From assembly GCA_965200245.1 (NCBI GenBank), contig CBDATS010000008.1:32001-96000 (forward strand): a stretch of 64,000 nt of DNA. Reading direction: 5' to 3'. Shown piece after piece: positions 1-10,209 of this stretch. The notes beneath the pieces were generated by a model, which saw nothing but the letters and a program-made list of their open reading frames with translations, had not been told where the DNA came from and ran no database searches. The position numbers were made by a program, and so were the translations under genes. How positions within the stretch are numbered: the first letter of the stretch is position 1; each line of letters starts with the position of its first letter. This DNA comes from a bacterium (lineage in GTDB: Bacteria; UBA8248).

Positions 1-456
1 CGTATTCAGGTGAAGATACCGCCCGGCGTCTCGAACGGCTCGTGCATACGCTTGGCGGGCAAGGGTGAAGCCTCCCTGAGCGGTGGGTCGCAAGGAGATC
101 TCTTTATCGTCACAAAGGTGCGGGAGCATCCTTTCTTCGAGCGCAAGGGGGATAATCTGTGTCTCGATCTTCCCGTCAGCCTCGGCGAGGTGCTGCTGGG
201 TGCGCGGGTGGAGATTAATACATTCGAGGGGGTGACGAAGATGACGATTCCTCCCTCGACCCAGAACGGCCAGGTGTTCCGGCTTTCGGGAAAGGGTGCG
301 CCGAAACTCAAGGACTCTGGAAAGGGCGATTTGTTTGTGACCATCAAGGTTATTCTGCCGGAGAAGATGGACGAGGAGAGCAGGGAGATCGTCCGCGAAC
401 TGGAGCAGCGGAACCCCACGTCTCCTCGGGCGAACATGACGGGCGTGAGCATGTAG
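1..456 (+). CDS. DnaJ/CbpA-class co-chaperone, C-terminal part (5' end outside window)
   Basis: DnaJ_C motifs KIPPGV..G..IRLAGKG, GDLFI, HPFFERKGDNL, IPPSTQNG; precedes an HspR-like gene. Confidence 0.85.
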   Translation, partial: RIQVKIPPGVSNGSCIRLAGKGEASLSGGSQGDLFIVTKVREHPFFERKGDNLCLDLPVSLGEVLLGARVEINTFEGVTKMTIPPSTQNGQVFRLSGKGAPKLKDSGKGDLFVTIKVILPEKMDEESREIVRELEQRNPTSPRANMTGVSM

Positions 457-521
457 TTTGTAGACGATTTCGGGTAAAAGCGGGAGCGGATGATGGATGA
501 CCATATGTGCGGGAGAGGACC

Positions 522-929
522 ATGGCGCGTAGAGGCGTAAGAAACGGGCGCTACACCATCAGCGCGGTGGCCGAGATGTTCGAGATTCACCAGCAGACGC
601 TCAGGTTGTATGAGCGCCAGGGTCTCATCGAGCCGAACCGCAGCAAGGGTGGCACGCGCTATTACTCCGAAGAAGATATCGATCAACTGGAAATCATCAT
701 GGCGCTCACGCGGGACATGGGCGTGAACCTTGCAGGTGTGCAGGTCATCATCGAGCTTCGCGAGAAGCTCATGAGCGCACTTGAGCGCCTCGGCGAACTT
801 GAGGAGTTGATAGAAAGCCAGGCGTTCGAGGACTTGCGCGAGCGGATGAGCAGCGCAACGCCCGAGATGCAGGCCATGATACCTTCGGTTGCCGCCAAGC
901 TCGTGCGCGTCAGGAGGAGACGGTTGTGA
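522..929 (+). CDS. hspR: MerR-family heat-shock repressor (HspR-like)
   Basis: [39 protein letters not shown]...GVNLAGV; ATG 522 follows GGAGAGG; chaperone operon context. Confidence 0.85.
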   Translation: MARRGVRNGRYTISAVAEMFEIHQQTLRLYERQGLIEPNRSKGGTRYYSEEDIDQLEIIMALTRDMGVNLAGVQVIIELREKLMSALERLGELEELIESQAFEDLRERMSSATPEMQAMIPSVAAKLVRVRRRRL

Positions 930-1783
930 GCACGAATTCCATCAAATCCTTTTTATTGCTCGCTTTGTTGACGAGCCTGATTCTGCTGATTGGCAATCTT
1001 CTCGGCGGGGCAACCGGGCTGGTCATCGCCCTGGTGCTGGCGGTGGGCATCAACGGCTACAGCTATTGGTATTCGGACAAGATCGTTCTCGCCAGCACGG
1101 GCGCGAGCGAGGTATTGCCCGAACATGCGCCCGAATTGTACGGTATGGTGGCGGATCTGGCGCGTCGCGTGAACCTGCCCATGCCGCGCGTTTACGTGAT
1201 TCCCGAAGATGTGCCGAACGCCTTCGCCACGGGCAGAAATCCCGAGAACGCCGCTGTCGCCTTCACCGAGGGGATTTTGCACGAACTCAACCGCGAGGAA
1301 CTCGAAGGCGTGGCCGCGCACGAACTCGCCCACATCAAAAACCGGGATATTCTTCTGAGCACCATCGCTGCCTCGCTGGCGGGTGCCATCATGTATATTG
1401 CGCAAATGGTGCAGTTCGCCGCGTTCTTCGGTGCCTACGGCAGGGACGATGACGAGGAAGGCGGTGGTGGTTTGTTGGGCATCATCGTCGCCGCGATAGT
1501 CGCTCCCATTGCAGCCACGCTGCTCCAGATGGCGGTGAGCCGCTCGCGCGAATATCTCGCCGACGCCACGGGCGCACAAATCGCGGGCACGCCCATCGGA
1601 CTGGCGAACGCCCTGCACCGACTTGACGAGGCTGCACATCGCGAGGAACTCCACTGTGCGAGCGAGGCGACTGCCCACATGTATATTGTCAACCCGCTCG
1701 CTGGAGGTGGCTTGGCGAATCTGTTCAGCACGCACCCGCCGATGGATGAGAGGATTCGGCGGTTGATGGAGATGAGATACTAG
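926..1783 (+). CDS. htpX: Zinc metalloprotease HtpX (M48)
   Basis: [30 protein letters not shown] motifs; N-terminal TM helices. Confidence 0.95.
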   Translation: MSTNSIKSFLLLALLTSLILLIGNLLGGATGLVIALVLAVGINGYSYWYSDKIVLASTGASEVLPEHAPELYGMVADLARRVNLPMPRVYVIPEDVPNAFATGRNPENAAVAFTEGILHELNREELEGVAAHELAHIKNRDILLSTIAASLAGAIMYIAQMVQFAAFFGAYGRDDDEEGGGGLLGIIVAAIVAPIAATLLQMAVSRSREYLADATGAQIAGTPIGLANALHRLDEAAHREELHCASEATAHMYIVNPLAGGGLANLFSTHPPMDERIRRLMEMRY

Positions 1784-1804
1784 GTTTCGGGAGGAAGTCG
1801 TTTC

Positions 1805-2503
1805 ATGAAAGCGAAAGAAGCAGGTGTCGGGACGGATAACGGCGACGGCATGAAGGCCGAAGCTGCGAATGTAGAGCCGAAGGAGGAAGTCCGTTTGGAA
1901 GAGGAAGCCAGGGAGAAGCCGCGGATCGTCGACAGGCGGCGCGTCCGAGAGGACGGCGAAGTGAGAGAGGAGAACGCAGAGGAGGCCGAAGAGACCCCGC
2001 GCGTGCCAGCCTACGTCGAGCAACTCCAGGCGAAGGTCGCCGCTGCCGAGGAGAAGCTCAAGCAGCACATCGAGAAAATCGACAAGGAGACGGCCGATTT
2101 CAGGGCGCGCCAGGAACGCGAGATGGTGCGCAGGACCCAAGAGGTAAAAAAACAGGCCGTGTCAGGTTTTTTGGGCATCGCCGACGATCTGGCGCGCGCC
2201 ACGGCAGCCGCGGACGGAGGCGTATCCAGGGGGGAAGCGGACAAGACCCTCGAAACACTCGTACAGGGGGTCCGGATGATTCAGGGCCGATTCTTTCAGG
2301 AATTATCGAATCTGGGAGTGGAGCCTCTTGCGGCGATGGGTGCCGAATTCAACCCCGAGGAGCACGAGGCAGTGCGCATGGTCGAAGTGAGCGACAAGGC
2401 ACAGGGCGGCTTGGTGGTGGAGGAATTGGCTTGCGGCTACAAGCTGGGTGATGTGGTATTGAGACCCGCGCGCGTCTCGGTGGGCAAGTACACAGGCCCG
2501 TAA
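1805..2503 (+). CDS. grpE: Nucleotide exchange factor GrpE
   Basis: Acidic N-terminus, coiled coil (ADF..R), FNPEEHEAV, GYKLGDVVLRPARVSV. Confidence 0.93.
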   Translation: MKAKEAGVGTDNGDGMKAEAANVEPKEEVRLEEEAREKPRIVDRRRVREDGEVREENAEEAEETPRVPAYVEQLQAKVAAAEEKLKQHIEKIDKETADFRARQEREMVRRTQEVKKQAVSGFLGIADDLARATAAADGGVSRGEADKTLETLVQGVRMIQGRFFQELSNLGVEPLAAMGAEFNPEEHEAVRMVEVSDKAQGGLVVEELACGYKLGDVVLRPARVSVGKYTGP

Positions 2504-2519
2504 CCCGGACCGCATGCCC

Positions 2520-2548
2520 TTGAACCGGATTCGCGCTCATAGTATCTT
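2520..2548 (+). promoter_or_regulatory. Possible internal sigma70-type promoter for dnaJ
   Basis: TTGAAC-17 bp-TATCTT in the grpE-dnaJ gap. Confidence 0.3.
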
Positions 2549-2582
2549 CGCGTGTTTTCGATTTTCGGGGTGAAGGGAAGAC

Positions 2583-3731
2583 ATGAGCAAGCGTGATTAC
2601 TACGAAGTGCTGGGCTTGAGCCGCAACGCGAGCGACGCCGAGATCAAGAAGGCGTATCGTACCCTCGCGATGAAGTATCACCCGGATCGGAATCCGGGCG
2701 ATGCGAAGGCGGAGGAGTTGTTCAAGGAAGCCTCCGAGGCCTACCAGGTGCTGAGCAAGCCCGAGAAGAGAAACACGTACGATCGCTTCGGCCACGACGG
2801 GCTTCGTGGGATGGGGCATCAGGGATTTTCGAGTTTCGACGACATCTTCTCCTCGTTCGGGGATATTTTCGGGGATTTGTTCGGCGGCGTGTTCGCTGGC
2901 TCGCGCGCGCGCCGGGACGGGCCGCGCAAGGGCCGAGACCTCGCCTACCAGATGGAGATGACATTCGAAGAAGCGGCAACGGGTGTCGGACGCGAGATCG
3001 AGTTCGAACGCCCTGTGGAATGTGTCTATTGTGGTGGCAGCGGGGCCAAGTCGCCCGATGCGATTCGCGAGTGCCCATCCTGCGGCGGCAGTGGCCAGAT
3101 GTCCTACCGCCAGGGTTTCATGACTTTTTCCACCGCCTGTTCAAACTGCGACGGCGCGGGCATTCAAATCACCGAGCACTGCGAGGAATGCAGTGGGGTC
3201 GGGCGCCGCATGGAGCAGAGGAAGGTGAAAGTGAAGATACCCCCCGGCGTCGACGAGGGTGCCAGACTGCGCCTTCGCGAAGAAGGAGAAGGGGGTGCCA
3301 AGGGCGGACCGGCAGGCGATTTGTTCGTCGTCGTCTCCTTGCTCGTGCACGAGGAATTCGAACGCAACGGTGCGGATGTGGCGAGCCAGGTGTACGTTAG
3401 CTTCTCGCAGGCGACCTTGGGGGACACAGTGAGGGTACGGACGCTCTACGGGGAATCCGAACTTGAAATTCCCAGGGGGGTGCAGTCCTCGGATGTGCTC
3501 AGCCTAAGGGGCGAGGGATTCGAACGCCTCGGCAGGAAGGGGCGCGGCGATCATATGTTCCTGGTTCAGGTCCGGACCCCGACGAAATTGACGCCGGACG
3601 AGGAGAGGCTGTTTGGCGAGTTGTCGGAGATCGAACGTGAAAAGATGGAGAGAAACGGAGTTGGGGGAACTGGGGAAAACGGCACAGGGAAAAAAGGCAT
3701 TCTCGATAAGCTAAGTTCCCTTTGGGGATGA
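2583..3731 (+). CDS. dnaJ: Chaperone DnaJ (class A)
   Basis: J-domain with HPD, G/F region, four CxxCxGxG zinc-finger repeats, C-terminal domain. Confidence 0.97.
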   Translation: MSKRDYYEVLGLSRNASDAEIKKAYRTLAMKYHPDRNPGDAKAEELFKEASEAYQVLSKPEKRNTYDRFGHDGLRGMGHQGFSSFDDIFSSFGDIFGDLFGGVFAGSRARRDGPRKGRDLAYQMEMTFEEAATGVGREIEFERPVECVYCGGSGAKSPDAIRECPSCGGSGQMSYRQGFMTFSTACSNCDGAGIQITEHCEECSGVGRRMEQRKVKVKIPPGVDEGARLRLREEGEGGAKGGPAGDLFVVVSLLVHEEFERNGADVASQVYVSFSQATLGDTVRVRTLYGESELEIPRGVQSSDVLSLRGEGFERLGRKGRGDHMFLVQVRTPTKLTPDEERLFGELSEIEREKMERNGVGGTGENGTGKKGILDKLSSLWG

Positions 3732-3801
3732 TCGCTCAATCGGGCGAATCGGGAAGAGACGGTGTCGGATAGCCCCGGTACCCGGATCCAGAGGGGTAGC
3801 G

Positions 3802-4323
3802 ATGGAAGAAGAAAACGTAGAAAACAAGGGATTCAAGGTTTCCGACCGAAGATTTTCGGTGAGGGGATATGTGGATGAAGAATCGCCTGCTTCGGGAAGT
3901 GAAGGGCAGGTGCTTTCCCCGGAGCCGGTGGACGAGGACGTAACACCAAGGTCCGGCGTGTTTTCCGCCGTTCCTGAACCGACGGAGAGGGAACCGCTGT
4001 CGCCCCCTGAGGTTCCGCAAACTGAGGCCGAAACGCAGGCGGAGCCTCCAGGCGATGAGACGAAAGAGGACGAAGAAGACAAGAGTTTCGAGATGCTCAT
4101 CGCCATCGTTCAGCAAAACGCTCTGGCGGCGATGGGCATTCATCCGCAGACGGGTGAACGCATAGGGGCTGCAGATCCGCGAAGTTCCAAGATTTTCGTC
4201 GATTTGTTCGCTGCCCTCAATGAGAAGACAAAAGGAAATCTGTCTGAAGAGGAGGAATATCTTCTGAATCAGGTTCACTCCGATCTGCAAATGATATATG
4301 TTCGAGAGGTGGGATTCGGCTAG
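3802..4323 (+). CDS. DUF1844-like protein
   Basis: N-terminal KGFKVSDRR and C-terminal EKTKGNLSEEE...L..V.SDLQM.YV. Confidence 0.7.
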   Translation: MEEENVENKGFKVSDRRFSVRGYVDEESPASGSEGQVLSPEPVDEDVTPRSGVFSAVPEPTEREPLSPPEVPQTEAETQAEPPGDETKEDEEDKSFEMLIAIVQQNALAAMGIHPQTGERIGAADPRSSKIFVDLFAALNEKTKGNLSEEEEYLLNQVHSDLQMIYVREVGFG

Positions 4324-4403
4324 GTTCGGGTGATCGGTGAGACGCCGTTTTAACGAGCGTCATTCCCGGGCATCTATATTGTTTACCTTATCCGGGGGAT
4401 TAT

Positions 4404-4679
4404 ATGGCCGTGGCAACGTCTTATGACGAAATGTTCGAAGAAGCGCTCGGTATCGTCAAAAATCGTTTCTTGCTTTCGGTGTTACTCGCCAAGCGGGTGG
4501 CCCAGCTCAGGCGGGGCACGGAGCCTTTGGTGCCTTCCCAGCCTAACGAGACGCCCGAGGAAATCGTGTTTCGCGAAATCATCGAAGAAAAACTTGAGTG
4601 GCGAAAAACCGTTTCGGCATTTGATTTGGCCGATATGGATCAAGCGTTCATGGATGGCGGTTTCGACGACGGGGAATAG
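4404..4679 (+). CDS. rpoZ: RNA polymerase omega subunit
   Basis: NRFLLSVLLAKRVAQLRRG..PLV....P..IVFREI. Confidence 0.85.
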   Translation: MAVATSYDEMFEEALGIVKNRFLLSVLLAKRVAQLRRGTEPLVPSQPNETPEEIVFREIIEEKLEWRKTVSAFDLADMDQAFMDGGFDDGE

Positions 4680-4702
4680 TTTCGCTCAAAGGTGCATACC
4701 TG

Positions 4703-4736
4703 CCGCTGTCCGCTCCGCCGGGCAGCGGTTTTTTAT
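4703..4736 (+). terminator. Intrinsic terminator after rpoZ
   Basis: CCGCTGTCCG-loop-CGGGCAGCGG followed by TTTTTT. Confidence 0.75.
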
Positions 4737-5884
4737 CTCTCCCGCAGATATGCTCCTACTCTTTCGAGACCTTTTTCGATGTTTTCGATGGAGTTGCAAT
4801 AGGAGAAGCGCAAGAACCCCTCTCCTCCCGGCCCGAAATCCGCTCCCGGCGCCACGGCCACACCTGTAGCCTCAAGAATTTCCTTGGCCAGTTTCAGGCT
4901 GTCCGCGCCATGGGTGCGCGCGTCAGCGAAGGCGTAGAACGCGCCAGTCGGCTCATGAAGTATTTCGAGGCCGATTTCCTTGAGTCGCGCGAGCATGATT
5001 TTGCGTCTTTCGTCATAAATTTCTCGCATGCGCTCCGCTTCGGGCACCCCTTCTGCGAGGGCGGCGAGCGCCGCGTACTGGACGAAGGAATTGGGCGAGA
5101 CGAAATAGTTCTGCTGCAGAATCTCCAGCGGGCGGATGTATTCGGGGGGTGCGATGAGGTAGCCGACCCGCCAGCCCGTCATGGCGAAATACTTCGAAAA
5201 ACCGTTGATGACGAAGCAATCATCCGTAAACTGGAGCGCCGTGTGTTCCTCATCCTGATAGCTGAGTCCGTGATAAATCTCGTCCGACACGATAGGGACG
5301 CCCAACTCGGCGAGCGCCGCCATGTCCTGGCGGGAAAGCACAGTGCCCGTGGGGTTTGAGGGCGAGTTGACGAGGATGGCCCTGTTCTTCGGGGTGAGGT
5401 AATCGCGAACGGCTTCCGCCTTGAGCGCAAAGCCATCCTCCGCACGAGTGGAGATTCGCACGGGTTTTCCGCAGGCGGAGAGGATGAAGGCCGGGTAGCA
5501 TGCGTAGTGAGGGTCTGAAATGATGATTTCATCGCCCGCATCGACGAGAACGGAGAAGAGCATCATCAGGCCCGGGCTCGTGCCGTTCGTCACCATCACG
5601 CGCTCGGGCGAAACGGAGACGCCGAATTTTCGGTTGTAGAATTCTGCTATCGCCTCGCGCAGTTCAGGAATCCCCAACGCCGCCGTGTAATGGGTGTGGC
5701 CGGCGCGCAGCGCGGCTTCTGCAGCGCTGATGATGACCTCGGGTGTGTCGAAATCGGGCTCTCCCACTTCAAGGTGGATGACTTCGCGGCCCTGCGCTTC
5801 CAGTCGATGGGCGTGCTCCATAATGTCCATTACCAGGAAGGGTTTGATGCCCGAGATGCGCACCGGCGCAGAGAATTGGTTCAT
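4733..5884 (-). CDS. PLP-dependent aminotransferase class I/II (AspC-like)
   Basis: LEVGEPDF, NSPSNPTG, SDEIY, GFSKYFAMTGWRVG; likely start MNQF at 5884. Confidence 0.92.
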   Translation of the reverse strand: MNQFSAPVRISGIKPFLVMDIMEHAHRLEAQGREVIHLEVGEPDFDTPEVIISAAEAALRAGHTHYTAALGIPELREAIAEFYNRKFGVSVSPERVMVTNGTSPGLMMLFSVLVDAGDEIIISDPHYACYPAFILSACGKPVRISTRAEDGFALKAEAVRDYLTPKNRAILVNSPSNPTGTVLSRQDMAALAELGVPIVSDEIYHGLSYQDEEHTALQFTDDCFVINGFSKYFAMTGWRVGYLIAPPEYIRPLEILQQNYFVSPNSFVQYAALAALAEGVPEAERMREIYDERRKIMLARLKEIGLEILHEPTGAFYAFADARTHGADSLKLAKEILEATGVAVAPGADFGPGGEGFLRFSYCNSIENIEKGLERVGAYLRER

Positions 5885-6009
5885 TATTTTGCCTTTACGA
5901 TGATCTGGTGAATTTAAATATAGTTGCTCACATGGAAGGCTAGTAGTAAGCTCAATAATACTCAAGGGGGGCATACGGATTTTGCAGAAATTTCAATGGC
6001 AACTCCCAC

Positions 6010-6038
6010 TTGACTCAATAAACCATAATATTTATAAA
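6010..6038 (+). promoter_or_regulatory. Sigma70-type promoter of the HU/IHF gene
   Basis: TTGACT-17 bp-TATAAA within an AT-rich divergent intergenic region. Confidence 0.5.
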
Positions 6039-6162
6039 TAATACAATATCTTACATCATATAGTGGTGAGTTCATGATTTATCTTTTTTTCATGTATGGA
6101 ATTCCCTTTTCATGGAAGGAAGTGGGACTCCGGGTAAGTCTGGAGAGAGTGGAGAGAGTTCT

Positions 6163-6456
6163 ATGACGAAGATCGACATCATCAACCTCGTATCGGAAGA
6201 TACGGGCCTCAGCAAGGTGAAGGCGGAAGAAGCGGTCGAGACGATCATCCATGCCATCAAGGAATCCCTCCAGAGCGGCGATTCCGTCATTCTCAGGCGA
6301 TTCGGTTCTTTTCAGGTGAGAGAGAAGAACGCACGCGTGGGACGCAATCCCAAGACGGGTCAGGAAGCGCCCATCAGCGCGCGCCGGGTCGTGCGATTCA
6401 AGGCGGGCAAGCATTTCAAAGAAGCGGTGAACGGCGCCGATGTGAGGTTTCATTAG
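6163..6456 (+). CDS. HU/IHF family DNA-binding protein
   Basis: MTKIDII...FGSFQVREKNARVGRNPKTG...VVRFKAGK; ATG 6163 after duplicated TGGAGAGAG. Confidence 0.95.
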   Translation: MTKIDIINLVSEDTGLSKVKAEEAVETIIHAIKESLQSGDSVILRRFGSFQVREKNARVGRNPKTGQEAPISARRVVRFKAGKHFKEAVNGADVRFH

Positions 6457-6475
6457 TGGTGAGTCTTCCGTCCGC

Positions 6476-7516
6476 CTAATACATCAGCATGGCGTCTCCG
6501 TAGCTGTAGAACCTGTATCCCTCATCTATCGCCTGCGCGTATGCGTTCAGGACTTTCTCCCTGCCCGCGAACGCCGCCACCAGCATGAGCAAGGTCGATC
6601 GCGGCAGATGGAAGTTAGTGAGCATCATATCCACGGCCTGAAACCGAAAGCCCGGCCGGATGAACAGGCGGGTGCTGAATTCTCCCGCCTCTGGCGTCTG
6701 GCCATGTGCGTTCGCCTGGATATAGGCGGATTCCAGGGCACGGACCACGGTTGTGCCCACCGCCAGAATCCGGCCGCCACCCGCTTTGGCCTCGCCTATA
6801 GAGGCGACGGCCTCTTCGGTGAGAATGTAGCTTTCCGTGCCCATCTCGTGTTCGTTGATGTTTTGCGTCTGAACGGGCCTGAACGTGCCGGCCCCCACGT
6901 GGAGGGTGATCCTTGCGATGCGCGCGCCAGTGGCCGATATCTCTTCGAGCAGTGTTTCGCTCAGGTGGAGTCCAGCTGTGGGCGCGGCGACAGCGCCAGG
7001 GTTTCTGGCAAAAACGGTCTGGTAGCGCTCCTTGTCGATAGATTCGGCGCCTCTGCACAGATAGGGTGGTATCGGCATCTCCCCGAAAGATTCCAGCCAT
7101 TCGAGAAGTCCGTCCACGGTAGAGAATTCGAGTTCTCTCTCGAGGCCTTGCGGTCCGAACGTGGCTTGGTGCTCTTCATCGAAAACGATTGTTTCCCCCT
7201 CGGGCAGGGGGCTTTTGGCGCGCGCCATGGCGCGGAATTTTCCGGGCGAGAGTTGCTTGAGAAGAAGGACCTCTACCCGACCTCCGCTTTTTCGCCTGCC
7301 GTGAATTCTCCACGGGTTGACCTTCGTATCGTTCAGGACAATCAAATCCCGCGGGCGCAGATGATGTGACAGGTCTGTAATCTGAAGATGCGCAATCCCT
7401 TCTCCCGTTCTGGGGAGATGGAGCAGCCTCGCGTCCTCACGGTTTGGCGGCGGGTAACGGGCGATGAGATTCCTGGGCAGGTGATAGTCGAAATCGTCCA
7501 GTTCCATGCGTCTCAC
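6476..7516 (-). CDS. queA: S-adenosylmethionine:tRNA ribosyltransferase-isomerase
   Basis: DFDYHLP..LIA, YQTVFA..PGAVAAPTAGLH, TLHVGAGTFRPV, TNFHLPRSTL, YRFYSYGDAM; alternative start ATG 7507. Confidence 0.97.
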   Translation of the reverse strand: MRRMELDDFDYHLPRNLIARYPPPNREDARLLHLPRTGEGIAHLQITDLSHHLRPRDLIVLNDTKVNPWRIHGRRKSGGRVEVLLLKQLSPGKFRAMARAKSPLPEGETIVFDEEHQATFGPQGLERELEFSTVDGLLEWLESFGEMPIPPYLCRGAESIDKERYQTVFARNPGAVAAPTAGLHLSETLLEEISATGARIARITLHVGAGTFRPVQTQNINEHEMGTESYILTEEAVASIGEAKAGGGRILAVGTTVVRALESAYIQANAHGQTPEAGEFSTRLFIRPGFRFQAVDMMLTNFHLPRSTLLMLVAAFAGREKVLNAYAQAIDEGYRFYSYGDAMLMY

Positions 7517-7552
7517 GTTATTTGCGGATTTACTTACTTGAATATGGTGGAT

Positions 7553-8389
7553 CTAGTTTTCTTCATCCACTCCTCCCGGAAGGGGCGAAACGGCAGACTC
7601 CTGCGCGCCGTCTTTTTCTTCCGGGTGAAGGAGTTTCCATATTGCCTGGCGCAGCACGCCTCGCATCACCCGGACCTCCCTTTCGTCCGGTCCCATCCTG
7701 TCGAGCATCTTCCGAAACGTGCGGGCCACGCGGTTCGGGTCGTTGTGGGGGGTGAAACCTATCTGTTCCATGGATTCGAGCAGATGATCCACCAGTCCCT
7801 CGATTTCCTCGCGCGGTGCGGGTTCATGCTCATTCGTACGCTCGCGCTTCGTGTTGGCCGTCCCGGGCAGGGTGCCAGGCTGGTTCTGGCAGAACAACTC
7901 CCACAAGACGATCAGCACGGCCTGTGAGAGATTGAACGATTCGCCGCTCGGCAACGCCGGAATAAGGAGCCTCTCCTGGCACAGGCTCAACTCCTCGGTG
8001 AACAGGCCCTTGTCCTCCTGCCCGAACACGAGGCCGACTTTCATGCCCGATGCGCGCTCGAGCATGGCGCCCGCATCTTCTCTCGGACGCATGGTGGGCT
8101 GCCGTTTCCTGCCGAGGCGCCTCGATGTCCCCACCAGCCAGCCGCAATCGTGAGTGGCCTCGCGCAGGTTCGCGAAGTGCTTGGCGTCTGCCAGAAGTGG
8201 CTGCGCGTTCATCGCCATCGATCGCGTCTCCACGCTCTTGACGTCGCAGCGAGGCGAGACGAGGCGCAGGTCGGACAGGCCGAAGTGCGACATCACGCGC
8301 GCAATGGCACCCACGTTGCGCGCGCCCCTCGGACGCACGAGGATGATGGCGAAATCGGTGTTTTCTTCCAAAGAGGAGGGTTCGTCCAT
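7553..8389 (-). CDS. trmJ: TrmJ/LasT-family SPOUT tRNA methyltransferase
   Basis: ILVRP....NVGAIARVM..FG..DLRLV.P, VFGQEDKGL..EEL, SFNLSQAV. Confidence 0.85.
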   Translation of the reverse strand: MDEPSSLEENTDFAIILVRPRGARNVGAIARVMSHFGLSDLRLVSPRCDVKSVETRSMAMNAQPLLADAKHFANLREATHDCGWLVGTSRRLGRKRQPTMRPREDAGAMLERASGMKVGLVFGQEDKGLFTEELSLCQERLLIPALPSGESFNLSQAVLIVLWELFCQNQPGTLPGTANTKRERTNEHEPAPREEIEGLVDHLLESMEQIGFTPHNDPNRVARTFRKMLDRMGPDEREVRVMRGVLRQAIWKLLHPEEKDGAQESAVSPLPGGVDEEN

Positions 8390-8641
8390 GAGGCGTTATC
8401 ACCATGGGTCGGAAACTGGGGTTTCGGATTTCACTGCGCCCTGGATTCAAATATAGCACTCCGGGCGCGGGCTTCGAACTTATCTTCCTCATAGCACAAA
8501 GCAACCCGCCCTGTCATAAACGAGCCGGGCACCCACGCCGAAATTCCCGTGAACCGGCGTCTCGCGCCTTGGTAGAGGCGGGTCCGCGCCGGGAGTTGCG
8601 AGGCGGTGTCATGCGCGTTGTTTTCACGTATAATTGTTGTT

Positions 8642-9034
8642 ATGAGTTCTGACATCACACGAACATTCCAGCGCGGGAACCTCCACGAGTTGGCGGCCTT
8701 TCTGGTGACGCCCGCTCGATCGGGCGTATTTCTCACGCGAAGCCGCATTCGCTCCCTGGCTCAGGAGATGGGCCTGCGCGCAGGCGTTCAAAGCCGTGCC
8801 AGAATGCTGGAGAATCTCTTTCGCGAGGCGGGTTCGGACGGCCGGGTGCTGGAGTTGCTCGCGTGCATCGACGGGGTGGCGGAGGAGAACCTCGCCCGTT
8901 ACCGCGCCTGGTCGAAGGCGTGTCCACCCTCAAAAGCCGCATGGCGCGACTGGACGAAAAAGACCCAGGCTCTCAGGCGTCACCTCGCACAGGCCCGGAA
9001 GTGGGCGCATGCCGTGAAAGAAGACGCCTCATAG
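8642..9034 (+). CDS. Hypothetical helical protein (~130 aa)
   Basis: Clean ORF with host-like codon usage; motif LAAFLVTPARSGVFLTRSRI. Confidence 0.65.
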   Translation: MSSDITRTFQRGNLHELAAFLVTPARSGVFLTRSRIRSLAQEMGLRAGVQSRARMLENLFREAGSDGRVLELLACIDGVAEENLARYRAWSKACPPSKAAWRDWTKKTQALRRHLAQARKWAHAVKEDAS

Positions 9035-9236
9035 GGCCTGTGCTGGTTTAGGAGCGAAATCCGCGTGGTTGGAACAGCTGGCCTCTCTCAGTTGAAGAAT
9101 TGGAAAATAACCATGGCTGGTTAACCAAAACGACCAACGGCAGAAATAGTCAAATCATCATCTCAACCAGGCAAGGCAGAATTGAAAACCGATTTGTAGG
9201 TGAATACGACGTTCAAACAAGCTGTCCAGGCATTGG

Positions 9237-9330
9237 GTCAGGGAGATTGATACTATTGACCGAATCAAATCCCTGTTCATGGGGATGGTTGGCAAGTGAT
9301 TGAAATATTATGAACTGAAACGGAAACAAT
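9237..9330 (+). pseudogene. IS1595-family transposase C-terminal remnant
   Basis: Manual translation VREIDTIDRIKSLFMGMVGK*LKYYEL matches the DTID....GMVGKRL.Y..L tail of IS1595 transposases; TGA at 9297-9299 replaces Arg. Confidence 0.65.
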
Positions 9331-9616
9331 CAAAGGAACTCGTTTCTCTTTCCTGTTTGACAACTTGGAATTTCTTCCTGTATCGTTTTTCACCGTTACC
9401 ATCATTGCACGGGATTCCTGGCTGACCAAAGTCGGGTTTCTCGCTGAATACAACAGCCTTGTAGATGATGGGGGTAGCTCCCTCGTCATAAAGGTAAATA
9501 GGTGAGGTCTCACCCACTTTTCTCGTGTGATGATGGTAAAAGGCCCGGCCTTATGAGGCTGGGCACACGCCATTATCGGGTAGGGCATACAACATTGATG
9601 GGAGGAGGCCACCACC

Positions 9617-10201
9617 ATGCAGCAACAAGCGAAAAAAGAAACTGCCCCGGACATAAATGAGTACAAGGTTTTTGGGCCATTTGAACTAAAACGAAAGAAA
9701 GAAAATGGTAAATGGGTACTGGATTTAGAGGCTAAAACTGAATTTTGGAATAATGTTCTTGAAAAGACTGGTTAGGATTTAAAAGAGGGACGCGGTTGTT
9801 ACATCTTCGCCGTAAATGTAGGCAAAAACTTTACCCCTTGGTATGTAGGCAAGTCTAGTAGGCCATTTCAGAAGGAAGTTTTTCAAGACCACAAGCAAGA
9901 CCACTACCAGAATGTAGTAAAAACAAAAATCAAAAGAGGCAAGCCTGTTCTATTTTTCGTGGCCAGACTTACCGGGAGAGGAAAAAAACTTGCGGGACCC
10001 CTCAATAAAGGAGTAGTTGATTATCTGGAGCAGATGTTCATTATTGAAGCGTATCGCGCAAATAATGACCTTCTGAACGTGGGGAAGACAAGTATTCCGA
10101 AGCAGTTGCACATCCCCGGCATTTTCAAGAATCCCGCAGTCAAAAAGAAAAAACCCGACGACTCTACAAAAGCTCGCAAGCAAGCACTAAACCTTCCTTA
10201 G
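9617..10201 (+). pseudogene. GIY-YIG-like endonuclease interrupted by an in-frame TAG
   Basis: GGAGGAGG RBS, ATG 9617, single TAG at 9773-9775, then GCYIFA..WYVGKS..LEQMFI..NNDLLN in the same frame as ORF 9959-10201. Confidence 0.65.
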
Positions 10202-10209
10202 TAACTTGC

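Noticed and set aside
953-2140. Long antisense ORFs (also 11232-12308, 19855-21204, 42911-44140, 62547-63347)
   Set aside because: Shadow frames opposite well-supported genes in GC-rich DNA; no motifs
5940-6020. HspR HAIR operator (ACTCAAG half-site)
   Set aside because: Only one half-site, without CTTGAGT-N7 spacing, and it is not upstream of chaperone genes
9297-9299. Selenocysteine reading of the TGA in the transposase remnant
   Set aside because: The position corresponds to Arg (CGA to TGA), not Cys; no SECIS-like hairpin
9773-9775. Pyrrolysine or alternative-code reading of TAG
   Set aside because: TAG is a normal stop for many genes here (htpX, rpoZ, rplS); no pyl genes; neighbouring IS sequence is also decayed
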